Below, one piece after another: positions 42,491-50,882 of a DNA stretch of 64,000 nucleotides; within the stretch, counting starts at the first letter, position 1, and every line of letters begins with the position of its first letter. Position numbers and translations under genes: made by a program. Source of the stretch: Thermoplasmata archaeon (lineage in GTDB: Archaea > Thermoplasmatota > Thermoplasmata > Halarchaeoplasmatales > Halarchaeoplasmataceae); contig PWKY01000066.1 in the NCBI GenBank assembly GCA_003560595.1, positions 226 to 64,225 of the forward strand, read 5' to 3'. The notes under the pieces were generated by a model that saw only the letters and a list, made by a program, of their open reading frames with translations, did not search any database and was not told the DNA's origin.

Positions 42491-43819
42491 CTAAAATAAG
42501 CCCTCCACGTTGTTTATGTCATCCTTGGTAACGAATACCATCATCTCGTCGCCCTCCTTTATACTCGTTTTTCCCTTCGGTATTATAGTTCTATCGTTAC
42601 GGATGATAGCTCCGATTATGCAGCTATCGGATAGTGACAGATCTTCAAGTTTTTTTCCCACTACTGGTGAATCCTCTGAAACGTGTGTCTCGAGTATGTA
42701 TAGATCACCGCCGTGGAAAGAGATGGCTTTTAGAGGATTTAATTCCCGGGCCAGCCTGAGCATTGCACGTGATGTTACCAACTGCGGCGAAGCGGCCATG
42801 TCTATACCTACTGTTTCGATGAGGGATTTAAGTCCTAGTTCTCTAACTACCGCGATGGTCTTATCCACACCATATATCTTTGCCAAAAGAGAGACCAGTA
42901 CGTTAAATTCTTCGGATGAAGTTGTAGATGCGAAAGCATCAACCCTCAGTATCCCCTCTTCTATCAATAAGGATTTTTCTCTAGCATCCCCCTCAATGAT
43001 CTCAACCGTTTTCAACATCTCCGCAGCACGCCTTGCACGGGTTCGAGAGGAGTCTATCAGCTTGATCTTTATACCTCTTTTCTCCAAAACCCTAGCTACG
43101 TTGATACCTATATCCGTAGCACCAATGATCATGATTGTGTGTACATCGCTACGGCGAGTACCTATGAGTTTAAGCATCTGTTTCTCGGCCTTTTTTCCCT
43201 CGCTCATCACTATTAGCGTGTCTCTTTCTTTGATGACCGTATCCCCATGAGGTACCAGAACCTCATTCCCTCGGATGATCGCCCCTAGATTAACCCTACT
43301 TGGCAGTTTGATCTGTTTTAATGGTTTACCTTCAATTTTAGACTTGTGTAATACTTTGAACTCCACGACGTTGATCTTTCCCCCCATGAATAGGTTCGTA
43401 TCTATAGCCGATGGTATCTCGATTATATTTGATATCTTCTTGGCGATCAATAATTCGGGTGATACGACATAATCAACACCGATCTTAGAGAACCTTCGGG
43501 ATATGGGTTTAGAGATGTACTCTAGACCGTTTATACGTGCTATGGTCTTACAGCCTGCAGCTTTGGCGATAGCACAGGAGACCAGGTTCGCTTCATTATT
43601 GTCGGTAACTGCAAAAAAATAGTTTCCCTGATCGATGTCTAGAGAGTTTAGTAGTTCTGGTCGAGCGCCGTTTCCTTTGACCACTTTGACGTCCAGCCCC
43701 CTCGCTCGTTTACAGGCACTCTCCCTCTTATCTACTATTATAACGTCATGCCCCTTACGCCTTATCGACTCGGCTAATTCGTATCCCACTTCTCCGGCAC
43801 CGATGATTATGACTTTCAT
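42491..43819 (-). CDS. trkA: Trk system NAD-binding subunit (two RCK domains)
   Basis: IIGAGEVG and IIGATDIG Rossmann motifs. Confidence 0.85.
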   Translation of the reverse strand: MKVIIIGAGEVGYELAESIRRKGHDVIIVDKRESACKRARGLDVKVVKGNGARPELLNSLDIDQGNYFFAVTDNNEANLVSCAIAKAAGCKTIARINGLEYISKPISRRFSKIGVDYVVSPELLIAKKISNIIEIPSAIDTNLFMGGKINVVEFKVLHKSKIEGKPLKQIKLPSRVNLGAIIRGNEVLVPHGDTVIKERDTLIVMSEGKKAEKQMLKLIGTRRSDVHTIMIIGATDIGINVARVLEKRGIKIKLIDSSRTRARRAAEMLKTVEIIEGDAREKSLLIEEGILRVDAFASTTSSEEFNVLVSLLAKIYGVDKTIAVVRELGLKSLIETVGIDMAASPQLVTSRAMLRLARELNPLKAISFHGGDLYILETHVSEDSPVVGKKLEDLSLSDSCIIGAIIRNDRTIIPKGKTSIKEGDEMMVFVTKDDINNVEGLF

Positions 43820-43856
43820 GCGCTCTCACTATTACAGGGCGGCCATATAGAAAACA

Positions 43857-44153
43857 CTATAAAAAATTATCCGTTAGACCCCTTTTCAATAAGCTCTGAT
43901 GAGTCATCATCTTCACGTTTTCTCCCCCTTCGACACCTAGCCTTTTCATGTCACCTTCTCTCAGTTTTATATATCCGTTCTCGATCAGAGGATCTGAAAA
44001 AATATTCACCAGGATGTCCCTTCTCTCAGAGCGTATCACAGCGAGATCTCGATCATCTAAACCTAGTTCTCTCATGATCTTTGTATTAACCCTAGCCGTT
44101 CCTTGTATTTTTACTAGACTAGGTTCAACTATCAGGTCTACACTCTTAGGCAT
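43857..44153 (-). CDS. Stand-alone Cdc48/VAT N-terminal-like double-psi beta-barrel domain protein
   Basis: G.ARV..KIMRELGL..D.AVI....R..LV (psi-loop pattern matching VAT-N), 98 aa. Confidence 0.5.
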   Translation of the reverse strand: MPKSVDLIVEPSLVKIQGTARVNTKIMRELGLDDRDLAVIRSERRDILVNIFSDPLIENGYIKLREGDMKRLGVEGGENVKMMTHQSLLKRGLTDNFL

Positions 44154-44181
44154 GTAAGTATATTATAGCACGTCCTCATTA

Positions 44182-44868
44182 TCAAATTTTTCCCTCTTTA
44201 ATCATCTTTATCCTTCGAGAAGCATCGATACATTCTCGATGATCAAGGGTGTTATCGAATTCTGGGTTTTCTAATAGATAAACTAATTCATTTATCAGTT
44301 TAGATATCCCATGAGAAAAACTCCAGCTAGACAGGTATTCACAATGTATATCTCCTCCACGCTCCGGCGGCGCGATGTTTGGATGGTATATCTGTGACTG
44401 CCATTTTACTCTGGGAGCCACATAAGGATAGGCCCTTGCTAATGACAAAGATAATTTATGTTTAAAGGAGTTGGCGATCATATCTCCGATCAAAACAGGA
44501 CCGGGTATGTTTTTTAATGTAACCTCTACATCGAATCTATTTTCGGAAGAGTCACAGGAAACGCTGTATCCATCGTTTTTTAAAGACTTGACCTCGTTTA
44601 AAATCCTCTGTTCCCAAATCTCTTCTGGAAGTCTGTTTGGATCGTCAGATGGTCTGAGTATCAGTACTTCTCCATGGTCAAAAGATACATTTGACCAGGT
44701 CATATGAGTCGAGATCATTTCACCATCAAGTTCAAATACGTGTGGTTCATGCAATTCCCAGTAAGAACTTACGTCTGAAAGTGTTTTAGAAACTTTATCT
44801 TGGGGCGAAACGGATACACTAACCCTGTCCCCTGTGCCCTCTTTTAAGATCGATAATACCTTACTCAT
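44182..44868 (-). CDS. Ubiquitin-conjugating enzyme E2-like protein (UBC fold with HPN motif and catalytic Cys) with an N-terminal extension of about 80 aa
   Basis: QIYHPNIAPPERGGDIHCEYLSSWSFSHGISKLINELVYLLENPEFDNTL aligns block by block with eukaryotic UBC (KIYHPNI..GSICLDIL..WSP..ISKVLLSI.SLL.DPNPDDPL). The upstream helix-1 and beta-meander regions are also collinear. Confidence 0.75.
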   Translation of the reverse strand: MSKVLSILKEGTGDRVSVSVSPQDKVSKTLSDVSSYWELHEPHVFELDGEMISTHMTWSNVSFDHGEVLILRPSDDPNRLPEEIWEQRILNEVKSLKNDGYSVSCDSSENRFDVEVTLKNIPGPVLIGDMIANSFKHKLSLSLARAYPYVAPRVKWQSQIYHPNIAPPERGGDIHCEYLSSWSFSHGISKLINELVYLLENPEFDNTLDHRECIDASRRIKMIKEGKI

Positions 44869-45004
44869 TAAAAGCGGTGAAAGGGCCGATAGATAAAAGT
44901 TTTACTAACAAAAACTCCCGTAAACTATAAATCTTCTATACATTATGAGCTAGAGCCCACTCGAAGAGTTTATTTGGGTTAACATAGATGACCATTTGCA
45001 AACG

Positions 45005-45020
45005 CCTATTTATTGTGGGG
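45005..45020 (+). promoter_or_regulatory. Candidate archaeal TATA box (TTTATTTATT) about 25 bp upstream of the giant repeat-protein gene
   Basis: AT-rich box upstream of the TTG start at 45030. Confidence 0.3.
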
Positions 45021-45029
45021 ATGTAGAAA

Positions 45030-48000
45030 TTGTCAGGTAAATACCTCAAAGCGAGGCAACTCGCAAAAGAGATGGAAAAGCTCGCAAAAAAGACTGCCGA
45101 GGATAAGAAGGAAGCCTTAGATAATCTAGAGAAGGCCGAAGAACTACTAGATGATTCAAAGGAGCTGGGGGCAGATGTTGAGGGGGCTGAAGAACTCATA
45201 GATGAAGCCCGGGAACACTTCGAAGAAAAGGAATTAGAAAAGACGATCGAAAAGGTAGAAAAAGGGTTGGAAATAATTCGTGAAGCCAATAGTAAGAGGG
45301 TCACCGATCTGATGAAAGGTACCGAAGAACTTCATGAAATGATCGCAGAGGAAGATAGATACAAAGAGTCTCTAGAACTCCTTGATCAGGCTAAGGAGGC
45401 GATGGAGGATGATGATTTTAAAGGTGCCATGGAAAAGGCAAAAGAATCTTTGGACCTAGCTCTGCTCGAGATACAAGAAAAACTGACTGATGAATTCGCC
45501 ACCTTGGATTCAATGGTCATCTCTCTTGAAGATAAAGGGGAAGATCCAGAAGAGATCGAAACCAAGGTGCAGGAAGCTAGAGATGCCATGGAACAAGATG
45601 ATTTCCAGACCGCCGTATCACTGGTTAATGAATGCAAAGAATTACTGCATAAGGACTTGAAGGCATTGGTCGAGGAAGAGATAAATAAAGTGAAGAAGCA
45701 GGAGGAGATGATAAGAGAGGGTGGAGGAACAACTGTAGATATCGAAGAGATGATAAGCAAAGCTAGAAACCGTATCAAGGATGGTCACTTTGAAAGTGCC
45801 GTAGAATTCGTCGATGACGCAAAAAATGAATTGAACGAGGCCATGGAAGCTGTAGTTGAAAAGGTGGAAGGCGATATCGAAGGATCACTCAATGAAGCTA
45901 AAGAGATCGAATGTGACATAAGCAAGATAGACGAGATGAGAGAAAGGCTCGTCGACTTAAAATATGAAGGTAAATACAGCGAAGCTTATGAACATATCCA
46001 GAAAATAATTGACAAGCTCGAGGAATTAAAATTCCAAAGAGTGTTAAAGACCATCGCGGAGTCCAGAGACCATTTTATCAAGGGCAAAGAGATAGGGATA
46101 GACATATCTGAACCCATGGGTCTTTTGAATAAGGCGAGGACCTCTCTAAAGGAAGGGGATCATAAAGGAGCATTGGATTGGGCAAATGCCGGGAGACAGA
46201 AGGTAAGGGAGCTTGTGGAGGAACACGAACGCATCGAGATGCGTATAGCCGAAGCCAAGAGAGTAAAGCAGGACCTTGTTGATATAGGCATAGAGCTAAC
46301 CGAAGCAACCAGTATAATATCAGCATCTGAGGAGGCCCTAGGAAAAAAGGATTACGGCGCAGCCGAAGAAAAGCTGGAAGAATTCGACGGATATATCGAT
46401 AAAAATGCCTATGAAGAGATAATGAAACTGGTAGAAGATCTAGAGGTCAAATTAAATATCGCAGAAGATATGGATCTAGATGTTGCTGAGTACACTGAAA
46501 GTTTGGAAGTGGCCATCGCAAATACTAAATCAGCCGAGTATGCAAAGGCTGGTAAGATAACCTTAGATACTTTAGAAGAACTGAATGATCTGATAGAAGA
46601 AGCACTGGATAAACGTATAAAAAACATGAGAGAACTCGTACAAAAGACACAGCAAGAGATGACTGAGGAAGAGGACCTGGAAGAGTTGGAGAAAGTAGAG
46701 GGATTAGTAGAGGAAGTAGAGAGTGCGTTCGATGAAAGCGATTATCGCAAAGCTCACGATTGTTTAAAGAACGTATCTTCCGAGATCAAAAGATGGAGGG
46801 TTGGAGAGGCGGAAGAAAGATATACACGTGTCAAGGAACTGGTCGGTTTGGTCAAAGAACTCGAGATTGAAAATATAGATGAGGATGCGTATGAAGAAAG
46901 GCTTGAGAAAGTCACTGAGGCATTCGACGATGACGATTATACCAACGTTGTAAAGCTCTCCGATGAGATGCTTGATAGTCTTAATAAAGAGTTCGAAAGC
47001 ACTGCTGAGGAAGTATTCTCCCGGGCCAAGATGGAGGCCGTTAAAGCAAAGAAGGCCGGGGTCGATATCGAAGATCTAAGAAGCAGACTGATCGACTGTA
47101 AGAAACTCATACGAAATCAGGACTTTACCTTAGCGATAAGGAATTCCTTGAAGGTCGAAGAGGACGCTAAAAGGATGACGAAAAAAAGAAAATCCAGTTA
47201 CGATCTTATATCCTCTTTATCTACAACTTTAACCAAGCTCAGAAAGAAGGGAGAGATCGAAGATATAACTCCTGCTAAGGAATTATTACTTAAAGCAAAG
47301 ACCAGTTTCCAGGATAAAGATTATACTCAAGCTGAAAATTTGGCACTACAGGCTAAAGAAAAGATAGGCGAACTCACAGCAAAGAGCGAATTCGAATCGA
47401 AACTCAGGAAGCTTCGGGAAAACCTAGAGGAAGCCAATGCTCTTGGTATCGACACTACAGATATAGAACTTGATCTAGATGAAGTAACCTCAATTATGAA
47501 AGAAGGAGATATCGAAGAAGCTGTGGAGGGTATAAGAGAGGCTCAGGAGAATATAAAGGAAAAGATGAGTGATTTTGTAAAACCTGAGATCGAACGCACC
47601 CGTGACATAATCAACTCTGCTAACAACATCGGTGTTGACGTATCTACTCCTGAAGCCATACTTGAAGAGGTCGAGAGTTTATGGGAAGCTGGTGACTTCT
47701 CAAAAGCTTTGACCGAGATAGAAGAATGTAAACGAGAGATCGAGGGCATCAAGAACAAAAGCAAACGTGCAGCAAGTGGTGTAAAACGTGTAAAAGATAG
47801 GATATCAAAGGCCAAGGATCTTAATGCGGATGTTAAAGAACCGGAAAAATACATGAATCAAGCTATAAAAGCACTGAAGGAAGACAGGTATGAAGATTCA
47901 ATCAAATTCACAAAAAAGGCAGAGGAGAGTGTTGAAGAGGCTGAGATGGTTAGGGTTTACAGCATACTGGAAACCTTCAATAAGAAAATAGCAGAAGTAA

Positions 48001-49394
48001 GAAAGGAAGGAGTGAACACCGCCTTCGCAGATAACCTGATGAAGCGTGCTGAAAAAGCCATGGATGCAGGTAAATACCACGAAGCGATCAACTTGGCTAT
48101 GCAGAGTGAAGGGGAGGTAGAGAGGATAGAACTGCAGAAGGATATCGCAAAAAGGAGTATCTCTACAACTCAAAAGAAGATCGAGGATGCCAAGGAAGAA
48201 GGCATAAAGGTAGGCGACGCAAAAAAACTATTAGACCAGGCAAAACAAGCATACAAAGGTGGCTTTTACGTAAAGGCATTCGATAACGCAGTTAAAAGCG
48301 GAGACGACGTCAACCATGTACTCAAAGCACATCAGGAGGTATCAGAAAGATTAGAGTCACTGCCCAAACTGATAGATGCCATGGATGGGCTTGAAGTAGG
48401 GGAAAAAGAATTACAAAAACGATTTGAAGACATCAAACGTTCTATGAGTAGAGGAAGGTACACCAAGGCTTTAGAAACCATCAAAGAAAACGAGAAAAGT
48501 TTGGAAGAAGTCAAAGAGCGTTTACATGATAAAATAGATGAAATCGAAAAAACTGTAAATAATTATCAGGATCAGGGAAAAGAAGTGGGGTCCGCATCTG
48601 AGTTACTTCAAAACGCAAAAGGGAACGTAGATATGGGTGAGTTGATCGAAGCGTGTAACCAGATACAAAGTGCTAAAAAGGAGTTCGGAGGAGATGCTGT
48701 AGAAGGGTATCAAAAATATATCGGCGAGGCTAAAGAATTGATACAGATGGCTAAGAAGTTCGGAGCATCCATCACAGATGCTCAAGGGCTGATCAAGGAG
48801 GCCACTTCTTTGGAAGGGGAAGATATATCTGGTGCTAGAGATAAGGCCCACGAAGCACTAGAGTGCATAGAAAAGTCTTTAGAACCCTACAGTCCCAATA
48901 TATCCTTATCTTCAAAAGCCAAGCTTCAGAAGGGAGATTGGAATACTATCAAAGTCGAATTTAAAAATACTGGTAGAGGGGTCGCGAAAAGTCCCGAGCT
49001 ATCCGTGTCAGGCGGCGAATTGAAAAAAGTTGATCTACCAGCCATGCTCAAGGCCGATGAGGAATTGGAATTAGAAATTAAGTTGAAACCCATCGATGAA
49101 GTAGTTACTCTTACCGCTTTGGGAACTCGAATATTCGACCAAAAAGAACTGACCGATGAAGAAGAGATCGAAGTTGTTGAAAAGTTGTACGGATTTGTAG
49201 AGGCGGAGGGAGGAGAGCACTGCAATATATGCGGTGGTACGATAAAAGAAGGGTTAGAGATAATCCGATGTAGTTGTGGAGAAACCATTCATAAACCGTG
49301 TGGGGAAAGGGAAGGTAAATGCCCGAACTGCGGGGTAGAATTGAAGGAAAAGAAAAAGAAGAAGGCATCTAAACGGGTGGCTTTGAAGATATGA
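45030..49394 (+). CDS. Giant (1454 aa) acidic helical-repeat protein: about 18 tandem TPR/MIT-like helical-hairpin units separated by coiled coil, with a C-terminal C4HC3 RING/PHD-like zinc finger and a poly-Lys tail
   Basis: Recurrent [LI]G[IVA]D[IV]s..e.ll..A.......GD[FY]..A......A unit about every 35-40 residues. C-terminus HCNICGGTIKEGLEIIRCSCGETIHKPCGEREGKCPNCG. TTG start in the track; first in-frame ATG at 45072. Confidence 0.6.
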   Translation: MSGKYLKARQLAKEMEKLAKKTAEDKKEALDNLEKAEELLDDSKELGADVEGAEELIDEAREHFEEKELEKTIEKVEKGLEIIREANSKRVTDLMKGTEELHEMIAEEDRYKESLELLDQAKEAMEDDDFKGAMEKAKESLDLALLEIQEKLTDEFATLDSMVISLEDKGEDPEEIETKVQEARDAMEQDDFQTAVSLVNECKELLHKDLKALVEEEINKVKKQEEMIREGGGTTVDIEEMISKARNRIKDGHFESAVEFVDDAKNELNEAMEAVVEKVEGDIEGSLNEAKEIECDISKIDEMRERLVDLKYEGKYSEAYEHIQKIIDKLEELKFQRVLKTIAESRDHFIKGKEIGIDISEPMGLLNKARTSLKEGDHKGALDWANAGRQKVRELVEEHERIEMRIAEAKRVKQDLVDIGIELTEATSIISASEEALGKKDYGAAEEKLEEFDGYIDKNAYEEIMKLVEDLEVKLNIAEDMDLDVAEYTESLEVAIANTKSAEYAKAGKITLDTLEELNDLIEEALDKRIKNMRELVQKTQQEMTEEEDLEELEKVEGLVEEVESAFDESDYRKAHDCLKNVSSEIKRWRVGEAEERYTRVKELVGLVKELEIENIDEDAYEERLEKVTEAFDDDDYTNVVKLSDEMLDSLNKEFESTAEEVFSRAKMEAVKAKKAGVDIEDLRSRLIDCKKLIRNQDFTLAIRNSLKVEEDAKRMTKKRKSSYDLISSLSTTLTKLRKKGEIEDITPAKELLLKAKTSFQDKDYTQAENLALQAKEKIGELTAKSEFESKLRKLRENLEEANALGIDTTDIELDLDEVTSIMKEGDIEEAVEGIREAQENIKEKMSDFVKPEIERTRDIINSANNIGVDVSTPEAILEEVESLWEAGDFSKALTEIEECKREIEGIKNKSKRAASGVKRVKDRISKAKDLNADVKEPEKYMNQAIKALKEDRYEDSIKFTKKAEESVEEAEMVRVYSILETFNKKIAEVRKEGVNTAFADNLMKRAEKAMDAGKYHEAINLAMQSEGEVERIELQKDIAKRSISTTQKKIEDAKEEGIKVGDAKKLLDQAKQAYKGGFYVKAFDNAVKSGDDVNHVLKAHQEVSERLESLPKLIDAMDGLEVGEKELQKRFEDIKRSMSRGRYTKALETIKENEKSLEEVKERLHDKIDEIEKTVNNYQDQGKEVGSASELLQNAKGNVDMGELIEACNQIQSAKKEFGGDAVEGYQKYIGEAKELIQMAKKFGASITDAQGLIKEATSLEGEDISGARDKAHEALECIEKSLEPYSPNISLSSKAKLQKGDWNTIKVEFKNTGRGVAKSPELSVSGGELKKVDLPAMLKADEELELEIKLKPIDEVVTLTALGTRIFDQKELTDEEEIEVVEKLYGFVEAEGGEHCNICGGTIKEGLEIIRCSCGETIHKPCGEREGKCPNCGVELKEKKKKKASKRVALKI

Positions 49395-49909
49395 AGATAC
49401 TTATCCACGCCTGCTGTGCTCCTTGCTTGACTTATACCTATAAATGTTTTAAAGAATCAGATTTGACGGTATATTGGTTCAACCCCAACATACATCCTTT
49501 TAAAGAGTATCAAGAGCGTTTTGATTCCATGATCGATTTTATTGAATCAAAAGATATAAGATTTATCCATGGCGGTGATTATGCTCTTGAAGAATTTATG
49601 GATGGTGCTTTAAAGGCGGATGATAGGTGCAGATTTTGTTATAGATGGAGACTTGAAGAGACCGCTAGATACGGGGCGGATAATGATTTTGAGGCTTTTA
49701 CCACGACGCTGACTATATCTCCCTACCAGGACCATGATCTTATCCAAGAGATCGGTGATGAACTAGGTAAAAAATATGGTATAGAATTCAAATACAGAGA
49801 TATGAGAGAAGGCTTTCGTGAAAGTCATAGGTTGGCTAGAAGTTTTGGATTGTATATGCAGAAGTACTGTGGTTGTATATTCAGTGAAGAAGAAAGGTAT
49901 CGAAGCTAA
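49391..49909 (+). CDS. queH: Epoxyqueuosine reductase QueH-like (DUF208)
   Basis: MKILIHACCAPCLTY start and the CGC...C cluster typical of QueH; 4-bp ATGA overlap with the upstream giant gene. Confidence 0.7.
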   Translation: MKILIHACCAPCLTYTYKCFKESDLTVYWFNPNIHPFKEYQERFDSMIDFIESKDIRFIHGGDYALEEFMDGALKADDRCRFCYRWRLEETARYGADNDFEAFTTTLTISPYQDHDLIQEIGDELGKKYGIEFKYRDMREGFRESHRLARSFGLYMQKYCGCIFSEEERYRS

Positions 49910-50700
49910 GAATCCTTTCTAAAGTATCTCCCTTGACCTCCAAGCTCGTCGATCTTTTTAACAGCTTCTTTGGCCTGACTTTCAAAAACTTCTTCCGCCA
50001 CTTTGTAATCCGTAGATCTGACTTCTACTCTATATTTGGGTGCAGCGGTGTAACTCACCTCTACCTTTGACCCCTCTTCATCGTGGAATATAGAGAGAGC
50101 ATCTTTTATATCGTCAACACCGTTTTTATTTTTTGAACTAATTTCAAGGAAACCGGTGATACTGATGTAGGGTGGTGATATATTATCCCTAGCTACCTGA
50201 CCAAATACATCGATCCAGTCTCCTTCAAAACCGGCTTCTTCCAATGCATTTTCATTTAAAGTACATTTTTCAAAGGCTTCGTATAAGCTCCCGATCTCAT
50301 CGATGAGATCGTAGCCGAATTTTTCATAGCACTCGTCGATAGACCATCCAAGCTCTTCAGCGACTATAGACAAAAGTTTTTCAGCTTTTTGATGGTTCTT
50401 CCATGCCTGCAATTTTTCCCGCTTCTGATGTTCGTTGACTTGTTTGAGAGATAGATCGATATGTCCCTGTTCTTTATCTACCTTGAGGACCTTACAAACC
50501 CGTTTTTGACCTTCGCGTATGTAATCTCTGATCCTCTTTACCCATCCTGCAGATATCTCGGAGATATGTATGAATCCTACCTTGCCTTCATATTCTTCCA
50601 GTTCTACAAATGAGCCAAAGTTCTTTACAGTCTGAACTTTACCTAAGACCAGTTCGCCCTCGCTGGGCCAGTCGTAATCCATCTCTTCTTCAGGCATCAT
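49906..50700 (-). CDS. eif2a: Translation initiation factor 2 alpha subunit (aIF2-alpha)
   Basis: S1 domain block GELVLGKV...GFIHISEI and the conserved helical and C-terminal domains. Confidence 0.85.
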   Translation of the reverse strand: MMPEEEMDYDWPSEGELVLGKVQTVKNFGSFVELEEYEGKVGFIHISEISAGWVKRIRDYIREGQKRVCKVLKVDKEQGHIDLSLKQVNEHQKREKLQAWKNHQKAEKLLSIVAEELGWSIDECYEKFGYDLIDEIGSLYEAFEKCTLNENALEEAGFEGDWIDVFGQVARDNISPPYISITGFLEISSKNKNGVDDIKDALSIFHDEEGSKVEVSYTAAPKYRVEVRSTDYKVAEEVFESQAKEAVKKIDELGGQGRYFRKDS

Positions 50701-50876
50701 TCGACCTCTTCTACAACCTCACCTTTGAAGGATGAATAACCTCCGGTTGGTTCGGCAAGTCTTGCACCACAAACGTTACAGTCAACCGCAGAGGCTATAC
50801 GGAAGAAGGTGATCTGTTCGTTACCACAGTCTCCACACTTGACCTTAACGAATGACGATTTTATTTTTTCTGCCAT
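50697..50876 (-). CDS. rps27e: 30S ribosomal protein S27e (59 aa, absent from the ORF track)
   Basis: Translation MAEKIKSSFVKVKCGDCGNEQITFFRIASAVDCNVCGARLAEPTGGYSSFKGEVVEEVE read from the minus strand. C4 zinc finger. Stop overlaps the aIF2-alpha start. Confidence 0.85.
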   Translation of the reverse strand: MAEKIKSSFVKVKCGDCGNEQITFFRIASAVDCNVCGARLAEPTGGYSSFKGEVVEEVE

Positions 50877-50882
50877 TTGAAT

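Noticed and set aside
43857-44153. Reading the 98-aa protein as a ubiquitin-like precursor (internal GG at residues 76-77 followed by a 21-aa tail)
   Set aside because: The sequence pattern fits a Cdc48-N/AbrB-type double-psi or swapped-hairpin barrel much better than a beta-grasp; the GG lies in a predicted loop (VEGGEN).
44936-45304. 122-aa Ser-rich minus-strand ORF
   Set aside because: Overlaps the start of the giant plus-strand gene and the divergent promoter; low complexity; no start context.
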